A stretch of DNA of 64,000 bases, taken from NCBI GenBank assembly GCA_035529795.1, contig DATKVZ010000034.1:92547-156546 (forward strand), given 5' to 3'. The first letter of the stretch is position 1. Each line of letters starts with the position of its first letter. Positions 30,882 through 42,079 of this stretch are shown piece by piece. This stretch comes from Gallionella sp. (GTDB lineage Bacteria > Pseudomonadota > Gammaproteobacteria > Burkholderiales > Gallionellaceae). Under the pieces are notes generated by a model. The model searched no databases and had not been told where the DNA came from. It worked only from the letters and a program-made list of their open reading frames with translations. The translations under genes were made by a program, and so were the position numbers.

Positions 30882-31028
30882 GGCGTTATTACCCGAATTA
30901 AATGGTCTGGTATTCTATCGATGCGAGTAACGCGGCGTCAAGCATGAGTGCCGAATATGCCATGGAAGCCTGAAATTGGGTCGGTACGGGTGTGCTATGC
31001 TCGACGCGGTTGTTCAGGTGATAGTGTA

Positions 31029-32942
31029 ATGAGGCTCATCCTTGGTTTTTTGTTGGCGATCACTTTGCCCGCTTTTGGCGCGTCGTTCACGGGTGATGCG
31101 GATTTTCTGGCGGCACGTGATGCGTTTCGTGCCGGTGATGCGGATAAGTTGAAACGTTTCGCACAGCGACTGAAAAATACACCTCTGGAAGTTTACGGTA
31201 GCGCCTACCAACTGCGCCTTAACCTGGAAAATACCGACGTAAAGGCGATAAGAAATTTCCTTTCCCGACCGGAAGACACACCGGTGATCGACCGCTTGCG
31301 CAGTGAGTGGCTCAAGTTACTCGGTAAAAAACAACAATGGGATTTGTTCGATGCGGAATATCCACGCCTGCTTGTTGAAGATACCGAGCTCGCCTGCTAT
31401 GCCCTGCAATCGCGCCTGCGTATCCAAAAGCAAACTGTGCTGCATGAAGTGCGCAGGCTTTGGTTCAGCGGCAAAGGACAGCCAGACAGCTGCGGCCCAC
31501 TGTTCGAAGCGGCGGTTTCCGCCGGCGTTATCAGCGAACAGGATATCTGGCAACGGCTGCGCCTGACGCTGGAAGCGGGCAATGTGTCGCTCGCGAAACA
31601 GCTTGCCGAAAGGCTGCACGACAATTATGCCGTGTCGGCTGCCGCATTGGAAAAAGCGGCAGCCGATGCGGATCGTTATCTGGAAAAGCTGGCACTGGAT
31701 AATGCAGGAGAAGGCCCGCGCATGGTCGCGCTGTTCGCTCTGCATCGTCTCGCCAAGCAATCCCCCGACCTGGCCATTGTGCGCTGGAAAAAAATTGCGG
31801 CACACTTCACGGAGGCAGAGCAGCACTACTTTTACGGCTGGCTGGCCTACGAAGCGGCGCGCAAACTGGATAACCGCGCACTACAATGGTTCAAGGCGGC
31901 AGCAAACACGCCGCTTAACGAACCGCAATCGGCATGGCGTGTGCGTGCGGCATTGCGTGCCCAGGATTGGCCAAAAGTGCTGGCGGGTATCAATGCGATG
32001 GGCGCGCAACAGCAACATGAGGCAGCATGGCGCTACTGGAAGGCGCGTGCCCTGCAGGCATTGGACAAGCCTGCCGAAGCAAGAATGCTGTTTGCGCCGT
32101 TGAGCAGTGAATATAATTTTTATGGGCAACTGGCAGAGGATGAACTGACAGGCTTGCCAGTGTTAAGCAACGTAGCCGCACCCAAACCCGGAAAGCAGGG
32201 AGTTGCAACGATGCTGGCGTTGCCTGGCATTCAGCGCACTCTGGCCTTGTACCGCATGGATATGCGCAGCGAGGCCTCGCAGGAATGGAGCTGGACCCTG
32301 CGCAATTTCAACGACCAGGAACTGCTCACCGCAGCGGAAATTGCGCGGCGCAACCAAATGTATGACCGTGCCATCAGCGCGGCAGACAGGACCGTGAACG
32401 TACATGATTTCAGTTTGCGTTACCTCACCCCCTATCGCGATACTTTGCAAACGTACATTCACGAACATGGGCTGGAAGAGGCTTGGGTGTATGGCCTGAT
32501 ACGCCAGGAAAGCCGTTTTGTGACTGCCGCCAAATCCAGCGCCGGGGCAGCCGGACTGATGCAACTTATGCCGGCAACAGCGCGCTGGACAGCAAAGAAG
32601 CTGGGGTTGAAGGACTATCGGCAATCGTTGATTCATCAAATTGACACCAACCTGCGCCTTGGCACCTATTACATGAAAACGGTATTGTCGCAATTTGATG
32701 ACAATCCGGTGTTGGCCTCGGCAGCATATAATGCCGGCCCGGGGCGGGCGCGCCGCTGGCGCGGGGATCAGCCACTGGAAGGCGCAATTTATGCCGAGAC
32801 CATTCCGTTCGATGAAACACGCGATTACGTTAAAAAAGTGATGAGTAACACCGTGTATTACGCCACACAATTTGATGCGCCATCGATCCCGCTCAGGCAG
32901 CGCATGGGCGTCGTTTCAGCCCGGACGGCAGAAAACCAGTAA
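31029..32942 (+). CDS. slt: Soluble lytic murein transglycosylase
   Basis: Signal peptide; IRQES, GLMQLMP, AYNAG, ETRDYV. Confidence 0.93.
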   Translation: MRLILGFLLAITLPAFGASFTGDADFLAARDAFRAGDADKLKRFAQRLKNTPLEVYGSAYQLRLNLENTDVKAIRNFLSRPEDTPVIDRLRSEWLKLLGKKQQWDLFDAEYPRLLVEDTELACYALQSRLRIQKQTVLHEVRRLWFSGKGQPDSCGPLFEAAVSAGVISEQDIWQRLRLTLEAGNVSLAKQLAERLHDNYAVSAAALEKAAADADRYLEKLALDNAGEGPRMVALFALHRLAKQSPDLAIVRWKKIAAHFTEAEQHYFYGWLAYEAARKLDNRALQWFKAAANTPLNEPQSAWRVRAALRAQDWPKVLAGINAMGAQQQHEAAWRYWKARALQALDKPAEARMLFAPLSSEYNFYGQLAEDELTGLPVLSNVAAPKPGKQGVATMLALPGIQRTLALYRMDMRSEASQEWSWTLRNFNDQELLTAAEIARRNQMYDRAISAADRTVNVHDFSLRYLTPYRDTLQTYIHEHGLEEAWVYGLIRQESRFVTAAKSSAGAAGLMQLMPATARWTAKKLGLKDYRQSLIHQIDTNLRLGTYYMKTVLSQFDDNPVLASAAYNAGPGRARRWRGDQPLEGAIYAETIPFDETRDYVKKVMSNTVYYATQFDAPSIPLRQRMGVVSARTAENQ

Positions 32943-32952
32943 GTGGCGCCAG

Positions 32953-34182
32953 ATGAAGAATGAAATAAAAATTTATTGCGTAGGCGGCGCTGTGCGCGAC
33001 CAGTTGCTTGGCCTGCCGGTACAGGATCGCGACTGGGTGGTGGTGGGCAGCACTCCGGAAAACATGGTGGCACAAGGATTCCAGCCGGTCGGCAAGGATT
33101 TCCCGGTATTCCTGCATCCGCAAACACACGAGGAATATGCGCTGGCGCGCACCGAACGCAAGACCGCGCGCGGCTACAAAAATTTCGCCGTACATGCTGC
33201 GCCGGATGTCACACTGGAGCAGGACCTGCTGCGTCGCGACTTCACCATCAACGCCATCGCGCGGGATGAAAACGGCAACCTGACCGATCCGCATAACGGC
33301 ATTACCGATCTGCGCGCCGGCATTCTGCGCCATGTCAGCGCGGCGTTCGGTGAAGACCCGGTACGTATCCTGCGCGCGGCACGCTTTGCAGCGCGCTTCG
33401 GTTTTACCATCGCGCCGGAAACACTGGCGCTGATGCGTGACATGGTGAGCAGTGGCGAGGTGGACGCGCTGGTGGCAGAACGCGTGTGGCAGGAGCTGGC
33501 GCGCGGCCTGATGGAAAAAACACCATCACACTTTTTTGAAACGCTGCGCAGTTGTGGCGCCCTGGCGAAAATTCTGCCCGAGATTGATGCGCTATTTGGC
33601 GTACCACAACCGGAAAAATTTCACCCGGAAATAGATTGCGGTCTCCATACCCTGCTGGTAGTGGACGATGCCGCGCGACACGATTACCCGCTGGAGGTGC
33701 GCTTTGCCGCATTGACGCATGATCTGGGCAAAGCAACAACGCCGGAAAATATTCTGCCGCGTCATACCGGGCATGAGTCACGCGGCGTGGAGCTGGTGAA
33801 GCAACTCACACAGCGGTTGCGCGTGCCCAATGAATGCCGCGATCTGGCATTGCTGGCGGCACGCTATCACGGCGACATCCATCGCGCCTTTGAACTGCGC
33901 GCCGAAACCATCTTCAAATTATTTCAGTCGACGGATGCCTGGCGCAGGCCGGAACGCTTCTCGCGCCTGCTGCTGGTTTGCGCCTCCGACGCACGCGGGC
34001 GTACCGGACATGAACAGGATGACTACCCGCAGGCGGCATATTTATCGCAACTGCTGGCTGCTGCGCGCGCAGTGGATGCCGGTAAAATTGCCAGTGGATG
34101 CGGTGATAGCAACACAATTCCCGCCGAAATACAAAAGGCACGTACCAGCGTGATTGCATCCGAAAAACGGCGGTTGCGTTGA
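32953..34182 (+). CDS. cca: Multifunctional CCA-adding enzyme (with HD domain)
   Basis: VGGAVRD..LG...DRD, RRDFTIN, EDPVRILR, HDLGK. Confidence 0.96.
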   Translation: MKNEIKIYCVGGAVRDQLLGLPVQDRDWVVVGSTPENMVAQGFQPVGKDFPVFLHPQTHEEYALARTERKTARGYKNFAVHAAPDVTLEQDLLRRDFTINAIARDENGNLTDPHNGITDLRAGILRHVSAAFGEDPVRILRAARFAARFGFTIAPETLALMRDMVSSGEVDALVAERVWQELARGLMEKTPSHFFETLRSCGALAKILPEIDALFGVPQPEKFHPEIDCGLHTLLVVDDAARHDYPLEVRFAALTHDLGKATTPENILPRHTGHESRGVELVKQLTQRLRVPNECRDLALLAARYHGDIHRAFELRAETIFKLFQSTDAWRRPERFSRLLLVCASDARGRTGHEQDDYPQAAYLSQLLAAARAVDAGKIASGCGDSNTIPAEIQKARTSVIASEKRRLR

Positions 34183-34301
34183 AACGCTGCCCTTTCCCCG
34201 GGTTCGCTGTTCCCTGGCAAGACCGGCAACCACAAGGTGAGCGGTTCTGTGATAAGCTCCACGCCATTGTGATTCCACTCGTTTATTGAGCGATTTATCT
34301 C

Positions 34302-35399
34302 ATGTCTTCCGCTGCTGCATCTTCCCGCGCGAATATATTGCTACGCGGCGAAATTCTTGACTTGCACGCTTACCATGTTTCCAACAGCGCCGGCTACGTC
34401 AAGCTCGACGCAATGGAAAATCCCTATTGTTTGCCGCACGAGTTACGCAGTGAAATCGCCGCCGCAGTCGCTGCTGCCGCCATCAACCGCTACCCCGATC
34501 CTGCGGCCGTATCACTCAAGAAAAAAATCCGTAGCGTAACCGGCTTGCCGGATGAAATGGGAGTATTGCTGGGCAACGGCTCGGACGAGTTGATTCAGTT
34601 ACTGGCACTGGCGCTCAACAAACCCGGTGCAGCATTGTTGAGCGTGGAGCCGTCGTTCGTGATGTATCGGATGATCGCGATGTTTACCGGGATACGTTAT
34701 GTCGGCGTACCGCTGGCTGCGGATTTTTCGCTGGATTTGCCGGTAACTCTTGCGGCAATCGAGCGCGAGCAGCCGGCACTGACATTCCTGGCCTACCCGA
34801 ATAATCCAACCGGCAATCTGTTTCCATCCGACGCGGTAAGGCAAATTATCGAAGCCTCACCCGGGCTGGTGGTGGTGGACGAGGCTTACTATGCCTTTGC
34901 CAGCAGCAGCTTCATCCCGCATCTGGCGCGTTATCCGAATCTGCTGGTGATGCGCACCTTTTCCAAACTCGGCATGGCGGGACTGCGTCTCGGTTTTCTG
35001 GCAGGCAGTGCGGCGTGGCTGGAACATCTGGAAAAACTGCGCTTGCCGTATAATGTCGGCGTGTTGCCACAGGTGGTCGCCGAAAAATTACTGGAACATC
35101 ATGACGTGTTGTTGCAACAGGCGGAACAGATCAAACAGGATCGCGCCAAGCTGTACCGGCAATTGGGTGAAATTACCGCTGTACAGGTTTACCCCAGCGA
35201 GGCAAATTTTCTGCTGTTCCGCGTAGCGAGCGCCACGGAAGTGTTTAACAACCTGAAGCAGCGCGGCGTGCTGATCAAAAACCTGAGCGGTGGGCACCCG
35301 ATGTTGAACGACTGCCTGCGCGTCACGGTGGGCACGCCAGAAGAGAATGAAAAATTTATTTGGGCATTGCGGGAAAGTTTGCAAGCAGCACAGTCGTAA
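34302..35399 (+). CDS. hisC: Histidinol-phosphate aminotransferase
   Basis: NGSDE, PNNPTG, DEAY, RTFSK.G.AGLR.G. Confidence 0.95.
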   Translation: MSSAAASSRANILLRGEILDLHAYHVSNSAGYVKLDAMENPYCLPHELRSEIAAAVAAAAINRYPDPAAVSLKKKIRSVTGLPDEMGVLLGNGSDELIQLLALALNKPGAALLSVEPSFVMYRMIAMFTGIRYVGVPLAADFSLDLPVTLAAIEREQPALTFLAYPNNPTGNLFPSDAVRQIIEASPGLVVVDEAYYAFASSSFIPHLARYPNLLVMRTFSKLGMAGLRLGFLAGSAAWLEHLEKLRLPYNVGVLPQVVAEKLLEHHDVLLQQAEQIKQDRAKLYRQLGEITAVQVYPSEANFLLFRVASATEVFNNLKQRGVLIKNLSGGHPMLNDCLRVTVGTPEENEKFIWALRESLQAAQS

Positions 35400-35420
35400 G
35401 TCGGGCTCTGCCCGACCTAC
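35396..35420. repeat. Single GTAG-type REP palindrome overlapping the hisC stop
   Basis: gtaagtcgggc-tct-gcccgacctac. Confidence 0.6.
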
Positions 35421-35457
35421 ATGTTAATTTGAATACCGTTCAGTTTGGGGCAGGATC

Positions 35458-36045
35458 ATGCGTAGCGCGAATGTTTCACGTAACACGTTGGAAACTCAAA
35501 TCACTGTTGAATTGAATCTGGACGGCAACGGCAAGTCCAAATTTGATACCGGCCTGCCGTTTCTCGATCACATGCTCGACCAGATCGCCCGGCATGGCCT
35601 GCTGGACATCAACATTCTTGCCAAAGGCGATTTGCAAATTGATGCACACCATACCGTGGAAGATATCGGCATCACTTTCGGGCAGGCATTCAATCAGGCA
35701 GTCGGCGACAAGAAAGGCCTGCGCCGTTACGGACACGCTTATGTACCGTTGGATGAATCCCTGTCGCGCGTCGTGCTGGATATCTCCGGTCGGCCCGGCC
35801 TGGTGTTCAATTGCAAATTCGTGCGCGACAGTATCGGCGAATTTGATGTGGATCTGATCAATGAATTTTTTCAGGGCTTCGTCAATCATGCGCTGGTGAC
35901 ATTGCATATCGACAATCTGGCGGGTAGCAATGCCCACCATCAGGCCGAGGCTATTTTCAAGGCCTTCGGCCGCGCGCTGCGCATGGCGCTGGAGCTGGAC
36001 CCGCGCATGGCCGGTGTGATGCCTTCCACCAAGGGATCGCTTTGA
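35458..36045 (+). CDS. hisB: Imidazoleglycerol-phosphate dehydratase
   Basis: [16 protein letters not shown]. Confidence 0.97.
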   Translation: MRSANVSRNTLETQITVELNLDGNGKSKFDTGLPFLDHMLDQIARHGLLDINILAKGDLQIDAHHTVEDIGITFGQAFNQAVGDKKGLRRYGHAYVPLDESLSRVVLDISGRPGLVFNCKFVRDSIGEFDVDLINEFFQGFVNHALVTLHIDNLAGSNAHHQAEAIFKAFGRALRMALELDPRMAGVMPSTKGSL

Positions 36046-36071
36046 CATGGAACACGCGCAGCGTTCGTTTG

Positions 36072-36110
36072 CCTCCTCTCCCGCATGCGGGAGAGGATTG
36101 AGGTGAGGGA
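36072..36110. repeat. CCCTCTCCC-family palindrome (intergenic)
   Basis: cctctcccgc-at-gcgggagagg + attgaggtgaggg tail. Confidence 0.85.
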
Positions 36111-36169
36111 AACAGGCATGGCAAATTCATTGTCGGGGATGGCGCAATTGCCATGCCCGTTAGGTTGAA

Positions 36170-36880
36170 ATGGTCGATGTCGCCGTTGTAGATTACGGAA
36201 TGGGTAACTTGCGCTCGGTCGAACAGGCTTTGCGCACGGTAGCGCCCGATGCCGAAATCGTCGTTAGCGACGATGCCGGGGTGATTGCGGATGCCGGGCG
36301 TGTGGTATTTCCCGGACAAGGCGCAATGCCGGACTGCATGCACGAACTGGAAGCACGGGGCTTGCGCAACGCCGTACTGCAAGCCGCGCGTAACAAACCT
36401 TTTCTTGGTATCTGCATCGGCCTGCAAATGCTGTTCGAACACAGCACCGAGGGCAATGTGGCGGGTCTTGGTGTTTTGCGTGGCGAGGTGGTGCGCTTTG
36501 CTTCCAACCTGAAAGATGCGCAGGGCAACAAACTCAAAGTGCCACATATGGGCTGGAACCAGGTACATCGAGTTCTCAGGCCTCTCCCTCCGGGGAAGGA
36601 TACGATTGCCCTTCCCTCCTCTGGGGAAAAGTTGGATAGCCGGCTTGGGGGCGAACATCCGCTGTGGGCAGGTATTCCGCAGGATGCGCGCTTCTACTTT
36701 GTGCATAGCTATCATGTGCGCCCGCTGGACGAATCGCTGGTGCAGGCCACCAGCGATTACCCGCAGCCCTTTGCCTGCGCGGTAGCGCGAGACAATTTAT
36801 TCGGGGTGCAATTTCACCCTGAAAAAAGCCAAACAGCAGGGCTGAAACTGCTGCAAAACTTTGTGCAATGGAACCCTTAA
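36170..36880 (+). CDS. hisH: IGP synthase glutaminase subunit with ~25-aa insertion
   Basis: [19 protein letters not shown]. Confidence 0.95.
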   Translation: MVDVAVVDYGMGNLRSVEQALRTVAPDAEIVVSDDAGVIADAGRVVFPGQGAMPDCMHELEARGLRNAVLQAARNKPFLGICIGLQMLFEHSTEGNVAGLGVLRGEVVRFASNLKDAQGNKLKVPHMGWNQVHRVLRPLPPGKDTIALPSSGEKLDSRLGGEHPLWAGIPQDARFYFVHSYHVRPLDESLVQATSDYPQPFACAVARDNLFGVQFHPEKSQTAGLKLLQNFVQWNP

Positions 36881-36894
36881 CACTACGTACTGCC

Positions 36895-37647
36895 ATGCTA
36901 ATTATTCCCGCAATTGATTTGAAAGACGGTCACTGTGTGCGCCTTAAACAGGGCGTGATGGAAGATGCCACGGTGTTTTCCGAAGACCCCGCCGCGATGG
37001 CGCTACACTGGCTGGAGCAAGGCGCACGGCGTCTGCATCTGGTAGATTTGAATGGTGCGTTCGCGGGTAAACCCAAGAATGAAGCGGCGGTACGCAGCAT
37101 CATCAAAGCGATGGGTGACAGTGATGTGCCGGTGCAACTGGGCGGCGGCATCCGCGATCTGGACACCATCGAACGCTATCTCGATGTCGGCGTGACCTAT
37201 ATCATCATCGGTACCGCGGCAGTCAAAGTGCCGGGCTTCCTGCATGAGGCCTGCGATGCTTTTCCCGGACACATCATGGTGGGATTGGATGCCAAAGGTG
37301 GCAAAGTAGCGGTGGATGGCTGGTCGAAGCTGACTGGTCACGATGTCGCCGACTTGGCCAAACGTTTTGAAGGCTATGGCGTGGAAGCGGTCATTTACAC
37401 CGATATCGGGCGCGACGGCATGTTATCCGGCGTAAATATTCCGGCTACCGTCGAGCTGGCCAGCCCGCTCCACGTGCCGGTGATCGCCAGCGGCGGCATC
37501 ACCAATCTGGACGATGTGCGCGCACTATGTGCGGTGCAAAGCGAGGGTATCAGCGGCGCGATCACCGGTCGCGCGATTTACGAAGGCACGCTGGATTTCA
37601 AGGCGGCACAGGCCTTGGCCGATGAGTTGACTCAGCAAATTAATTGA
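36895..37647 (+). CDS. hisA: ProFAR isomerase
   Basis: [23 protein letters not shown]. Confidence 0.96.
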   Translation: MLIIPAIDLKDGHCVRLKQGVMEDATVFSEDPAAMALHWLEQGARRLHLVDLNGAFAGKPKNEAAVRSIIKAMGDSDVPVQLGGGIRDLDTIERYLDVGVTYIIIGTAAVKVPGFLHEACDAFPGHIMVGLDAKGGKVAVDGWSKLTGHDVADLAKRFEGYGVEAVIYTDIGRDGMLSGVNIPATVELASPLHVPVIASGGITNLDDVRALCAVQSEGISGAITGRAIYEGTLDFKAAQALADELTQQIN

Positions 37648-38405
37648 TGCTTGCCAAAAGAATTATTCCCTGCCTTGATGTCACGGCAGGGCGCGTGGTC
37701 AAAGGCGTAAGTTTCGTCGAGTTGCGCGATGCCGGTGATCCGGTGGAGATTGCGCGCCGCTATGACGAACAAGGTGCGGACGAGCTGACTTTCCTCGACA
37801 TTACCGCCAGTTCGGATGACCGTGGGATTATTTTTCGTATCATCGAGCAGGTTGCTTCACAGGTATTCATTCCGCTGACCGTCGGTGGCGGGGTGCGTGA
37901 AGTCGGTGATGTGCGCAACCTGTTGAACGCCGGTGCCGACAAGGTCAGCATCAACACCTCCGCCGTGCTGAATCCGCAACTGGTGGCGGATGCCGCCGGG
38001 CGTTATGGTTCGCAGTGCATTGTGGTGGCGATCGATGCCAAGCAAATTGCGCCAAATCACTGGGAAGTGTTTACGCACGGTGGACGCAAGGCTACCGGGT
38101 TGGATGCAGTGGCGTGGTCAAAAAAAATGCAGGGTTTGGGTGCGGGCGAAATTCTGCTAACCAGCATGGATCGGGACGGACAGAAAAACGGTTTCGATCT
38201 GGCGCTGACTCACGCGGTGACGGATGTGCTGGAAATTCCGGTAATCGCCAGCGGTGGCGTGGGCAACCTGCAGCACCTCGCCGACGGTGTAAAGCGGGGC
38301 GGAGCAGATGCGGTACTGGCGGCAAGTATTTTCCATTTCGGTGAATACACCGTACGGCAGGCCAAGGAATTTATGGCAGAACAGGGCATAGAGGTCAGAT
38401 TATGA
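37644..38405 (+). CDS. hisF: IGP synthase cyclase subunit
   Basis: [19 protein letters not shown]. Confidence 0.97.
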   Translation: MMLAKRIIPCLDVTAGRVVKGVSFVELRDAGDPVEIARRYDEQGADELTFLDITASSDDRGIIFRIIEQVASQVFIPLTVGGGVREVGDVRNLLNAGADKVSINTSAVLNPQLVADAAGRYGSQCIVVAIDAKQIAPNHWEVFTHGGRKATGLDAVAWSKKMQGLGAGEILLTSMDRDGQKNGFDLALTHAVTDVLEIPVIASGGVGNLQHLADGVKRGGADAVLAASIFHFGEYTVRQAKEFMAEQGIEVRL

Positions 38406-38454
38406 AAACCCTCCCGTGCAACTGCCGCACGTGTGATGTTGCAAGGAGAATTTT

Positions 38455-38844
38455 ATGACTGAAGCCTGGCTGAACAGGGTGAACTGGTCGGAAGATGGTC
38501 TGGTCACGGCCATCGCGCAGGATGCTGCCAGTGGACGGATATTGATGGTCGCGTGGATGGACCGTGATGCCCTGAAACTCACTTGGCTGAAGAGCGAAGC
38601 GGTATATTGGTCGCGCTCGCGCAAGAAGCTGTGGCACAAGGGCGAAGAGTCCGGGCACATCCAGAAAGTGAAAGAAATCCGCTTGGACTGCGATGGTGAT
38701 GTAATCCTGCTGCTTGTTGAACAACAGGGCGGCATTGCCTGCCATACCGGACGTGAAAGCTGTTTCTACCGCCGCCTGGAAAAAGGCCAGTGGGTGGAAG
38801 CGGATGCGGTGTTGAAATCCCCCGATGAGATTTATAAAAAATGA
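38455..38844 (+). CDS. hisI: Phosphoribosyl-AMP cyclohydrolase
   Basis: WSRSR..LW.KGE.SG, DCDGD, CHTG..SC. Confidence 0.96.
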   Translation: MTEAWLNRVNWSEDGLVTAIAQDAASGRILMVAWMDRDALKLTWLKSEAVYWSRSRKKLWHKGEESGHIQKVKEIRLDCDGDVILLLVEQQGGIACHTGRESCFYRRLEKGQWVEADAVLKSPDEIYKK

Positions 38845-39179
38845 ATTCAGAGAAAAGCAACCAGGATATTTTGCGGCGGCTGACAGAAACGCTGGAGGCG
38901 CGCAAGCAGGCTTCGCCGGAAAGCTCTTATGTCGCCAAACTGCTCAGCAAGGGTGAAGATGTCATCCTGAAAAAAATCGGTGAGGAAGCCACTGAGGTGA
39001 TTCTGGCCAGCAAAGGGGGCGACAGAACCCATCTGGTGTATGAAGTTGCCGACTTGTGGTTTCATTGCATGGTGCTGCTGGCGAAACACGGCCTAAGCGC
39101 GGACGATGTGCTGAATGAGCTGGCGCGCCGCGAGGGCTTGTCGGGTATCGCCGAGAAAGAAAGCAGGGAGAAGGGCTGA
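38841..39179 (+). CDS. hisE: Phosphoribosyl-ATP pyrophosphatase
   Basis: KKIGEEA.E, E.ADL.FH. Confidence 0.96.
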   Translation: MNSEKSNQDILRRLTETLEARKQASPESSYVAKLLSKGEDVILKKIGEEATEVILASKGGDRTHLVYEVADLWFHCMVLLAKHGLSADDVLNELARREGLSGIAEKESREKG

Positions 39180-39181
39180 GC

Positions 39182-39529
39182 ATGAGTGACTGTTTGTTTT
39201 GCAGGATTGTGCGCGGTGAGATTCCGTGCCGCAAAGTGTACGAGGACAATGAGGTGCTGGCGTTTCACGACATCAATCCGGTTGCGCCGGTGCATTTCAT
39301 GCTGATTCCAAAGCTGCATCTGGCTTCGTTGGTGGAGGCGGATGAAACACATGCTGCCTTGCTGGGAAAAATGCTGCTGCTGGCGCCCAAGCTGGCGAAA
39401 GAACAAGGTTTGGAAAACGGGTTTCGCACCGTGATCAACACCGGCAAAGGCGGCGGGCAGGAAGTGTTTCATTTGCACATACATGTCATCGGCGGTGGCA
39501 ATATTCCACCCATGGTGCGACGCAGTTAA
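39182..39529 (+). CDS. HIT-family protein
   Basis: CLFC.I, GQEVFHLHIH. Confidence 0.93.
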   Translation: MSDCLFCRIVRGEIPCRKVYEDNEVLAFHDINPVAPVHFMLIPKLHLASLVEADETHAALLGKMLLLAPKLAKEQGLENGFRTVINTGKGGGQEVFHLHIHVIGGGNIPPMVRRS

Positions 39530-39547
39530 TTCCAAGGAGAAACCAAA

Positions 39548-39781
39548 ATGGGTTCACTCAGTATCTGGCACTGGCTTATCGTATTGCTGGTTGTCGTTTT
39601 GATATTTGGCACCAAAAAACTGCGTAATATTGGAAGCGATCTGGGTGGTGCGGTGAAGGATTTCAAAAAAGGAATGCACGACGGGGAACCCGGAGAAACG
39701 CCACAGAGCGGACGGATCATTGAAGGTGATACGTCATCCGGGACACCGGAGAAAGAAGGCAAATCAAACACGCATGTTTGA
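39548..39781 (+). CDS. tatA: Tat translocase TatA
   Basis: SIWHWLIV...FGTKKL...DLG..VK.FKK. Confidence 0.95.
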   Translation: MGSLSIWHWLIVLLVVVLIFGTKKLRNIGSDLGGAVKDFKKGMHDGEPGETPQSGRIIEGDTSSGTPEKEGKSNTHV

Positions 39782-40130
39782 TATCGCATTTTCTGAACTG
39801 CTAATCATAATGCTGGTGGCGCTGGTGGTCATCGGCCCGGAGCGGCTGCCGAAGGTGGCGCGCACTGCGGGTCATTTGTGGGGGCGGATACAACGTTATG
39901 TACAGAATGTCAAAAGCGACATTGCAAACGATCTGGCCATTCAGGAAGCGCGTCAATTGCAGGCCGGCATCAAGGAAAATATTTCAAACATCGAACAATC
40001 CACGCGCGAAGCCGTGCTGACAGCGGAACAAGAAATATTGCAGGCGCAATACGGCGCTTCTGCTGCCCCGCCGGGTCAACATAACCCGTCGGTCACACAA
40101 ACTTCCGATACGCCCAATAAGCCGGCTTGA
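39774..40130 (+). CDS. tatB: Tat translocase TatB
   Basis: MFDIAFSEL...GPERLP. Confidence 0.95.
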   Translation: MFDIAFSELLIIMLVALVVIGPERLPKVARTAGHLWGRIQRYVQNVKSDIANDLAIQEARQLQAGIKENISNIEQSTREAVLTAEQEILQAQYGASAAPPGQHNPSVTQTSDTPNKPA

Positions 40131-40867
40131 TGGATACCAGTGAGAGCCTGATTGCGCACTTGATCGAATTGCGCACGCGCCTGCTGCATTTGGTCATCGT
40201 CCTGTTGCTGGCTTTCGTTTGCCTGTTTCCCTGGGCTCCAGACCTTTACACCCTGCTGGCGCAACCGTTGCTGGCGAAGCTGCCCAAAGGCGGACAAATG
40301 ATTGCCACCGGGGTGGTCACACCATTCTTCGTGCCGGTCAAAGTGGCAATGATGGCCGCCTTCCTGATTACATTGCCTTACACGCTATGGCAAATCTGGC
40401 GCTTCGTCGCCCCCGGCCTATATGCACATGAGAAGCGGTTGGTATTACCACTCATCATTGCCAGCACGCTGTTGTTTTTCTCCGGCATGGCCTTTGCCTA
40501 CTTTGCCGTATTCCCGATTATTTTCGGCTTTATTACCAGCATCGCGCCGCAGGGCGTGGCGGTAATGACCGATATCGATGAATATCTCAATTTTACGCTT
40601 GGCATGTTCATGGCGTTCGGCGTGACCTTCCAGGTGCCGGTGGCGGTAGTGATACTGGTACGGACCGGCATGGTTTCAATCGAAAAACTGCGCGAAATCC
40701 GTCCTTACGTGGTAGTCGGCGCGTTCGTGGTCGGGGCAATTTTTACTCCGCCGGATGTCGTGTCGCAATTCATGCTGGCGATCCCGATGTGGCTGCTTTA
40801 TGAAGCGGGGGTTTTTGTTGCCAGTTGGATAAGCATAAAAAAGACCGTGCAGGCCGACTCCCGATAG
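40127..40867 (+). CDS. tatC: Tat translocase TatC
   Basis: HLIELR.RL, F.VP.K, TPPDV.SQ. Confidence 0.96.
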   Translation: MMDTSESLIAHLIELRTRLLHLVIVLLLAFVCLFPWAPDLYTLLAQPLLAKLPKGGQMIATGVVTPFFVPVKVAMMAAFLITLPYTLWQIWRFVAPGLYAHEKRLVLPLIIASTLLFFSGMAFAYFAVFPIIFGFITSIAPQGVAVMTDIDEYLNFTLGMFMAFGVTFQVPVAVVILVRTGMVSIEKLREIRPYVVVGAFVVGAIFTPPDVVSQFMLAIPMWLLYEAGVFVASWISIKKTVQADSR

Positions 40868-40881
40868 CGGTAGCCGGGACG

Positions 40882-42039
40882 CTACCGTGCCGTGGGTTTG
40901 GGACGCTTGCCGATTTTTACCGATAGTTTTATAGCAGTCCCGTCGCGCAACAACTTGAGCTCGACGACCTTGCCGGGCGGCAGACTGGTCACAGTTTCCA
41001 GCATGGTGTTCCAATCATTAATGGCCTGGCCATCCATTGCAATCAGGATATCACCGGTCTCTACGCCCGCCTTCTCGGCCGGCCCGTTGCGCGTCACTTC
41101 AGTAATCAGCAGACCCTTGGCGCTACCCAGTTTGAACGACTCGGCCAGTTCCGGCGTGAGTTCCTGAACACCCGCGCCGATCCAGCCGCGCGTCACCGAA
41201 CCGGTCAGGATGATTTGTTCCATGGTTTTTTTCGCGGTATCGGCGGAAATGGCGAAGCCGATGCCGAGCGAACCGCCATTTGGCGAATAAATCGCGCTAT
41301 TGACGCCAATCAGATTGCCATTCACATCCACCAGCGCCCCGCCGGAATTACCCGGGTTGATTGCGGCATCGGTCTGAATGAAATTCTCGAAGGTATTCAA
41401 CCCCAGATGATCGCGCTTGAGCGCGCTGATGATGCCCATCGTGACAGTTTGCCCGACGCCGAACGGATTACCGATGGCCAGCACTATATCGCCGACTTGC
41501 GCCCGATCCGGGCGGCCAAAAGTAATGGCGGGAATTTCACCGGGCAGATCAATTTTGATAACGGCAAGGTCGGTTTCCGGATCGGAACCGATAACATGCG
41601 CCTTGGCCTTGCGGCCATCCGCCAGCGCGACTTCGATCTGGTCAGCGGTTTCCACCACATGATGATTGGTAAGAATGTAGCCGTCCGGACTAACGACAAC
41701 GCCGGAGCCCAGGCTGGAACTGCTTTGCGGCTCATTGTCCGACGGATCACCGAAGAAAAAACGGAAGCGCGGATCCTCCATCAACGGATGGGGTGCTGGT
41801 GCCTTGATGACGGTGCTGGTAAAGATATTCACCACGGCAGGCATGGCCTTTTGCGCGGCAACGCTCAATCCGGCCACGGGATTTTGACTGCCTGCTGCCG
41901 GTGGCGCACTTTCATGCAGGGTAACCACCCCGCTGTGCGCCGCATCTGGCAACAGTTCCGGTTTGAGCGTCTGAACGACGAACAGTAGCGCCAGCACAAC
42001 GGTGACTGCCTGAGTAAAAAAAAGCCAGTATTTACGCAT
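40882..42039 (-). CDS. DegQ/DegS-type HtrA protease with one PDZ domain
   Basis: SLGSGV, TN.HV, QTDAAINPGNSGG. Confidence 0.93.
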   Translation of the reverse strand: MRKYWLFFTQAVTVVLALLFVVQTLKPELLPDAAHSGVVTLHESAPPAAGSQNPVAGLSVAAQKAMPAVVNIFTSTVIKAPAPHPLMEDPRFRFFFGDPSDNEPQSSSSLGSGVVVSPDGYILTNHHVVETADQIEVALADGRKAKAHVIGSDPETDLAVIKIDLPGEIPAITFGRPDRAQVGDIVLAIGNPFGVGQTVTMGIISALKRDHLGLNTFENFIQTDAAINPGNSGGALVDVNGNLIGVNSAIYSPNGGSLGIGFAISADTAKKTMEQIILTGSVTRGWIGAGVQELTPELAESFKLGSAKGLLITEVTRNGPAEKAGVETGDILIAMDGQAINDWNTMLETVTSLPPGKVVELKLLRDGTAIKLSVKIGKRPKPTAR

Positions 42040-42079
42040 GGTATGATTGACTCGCCTGTTTCATATCGAAGGAAAACTC

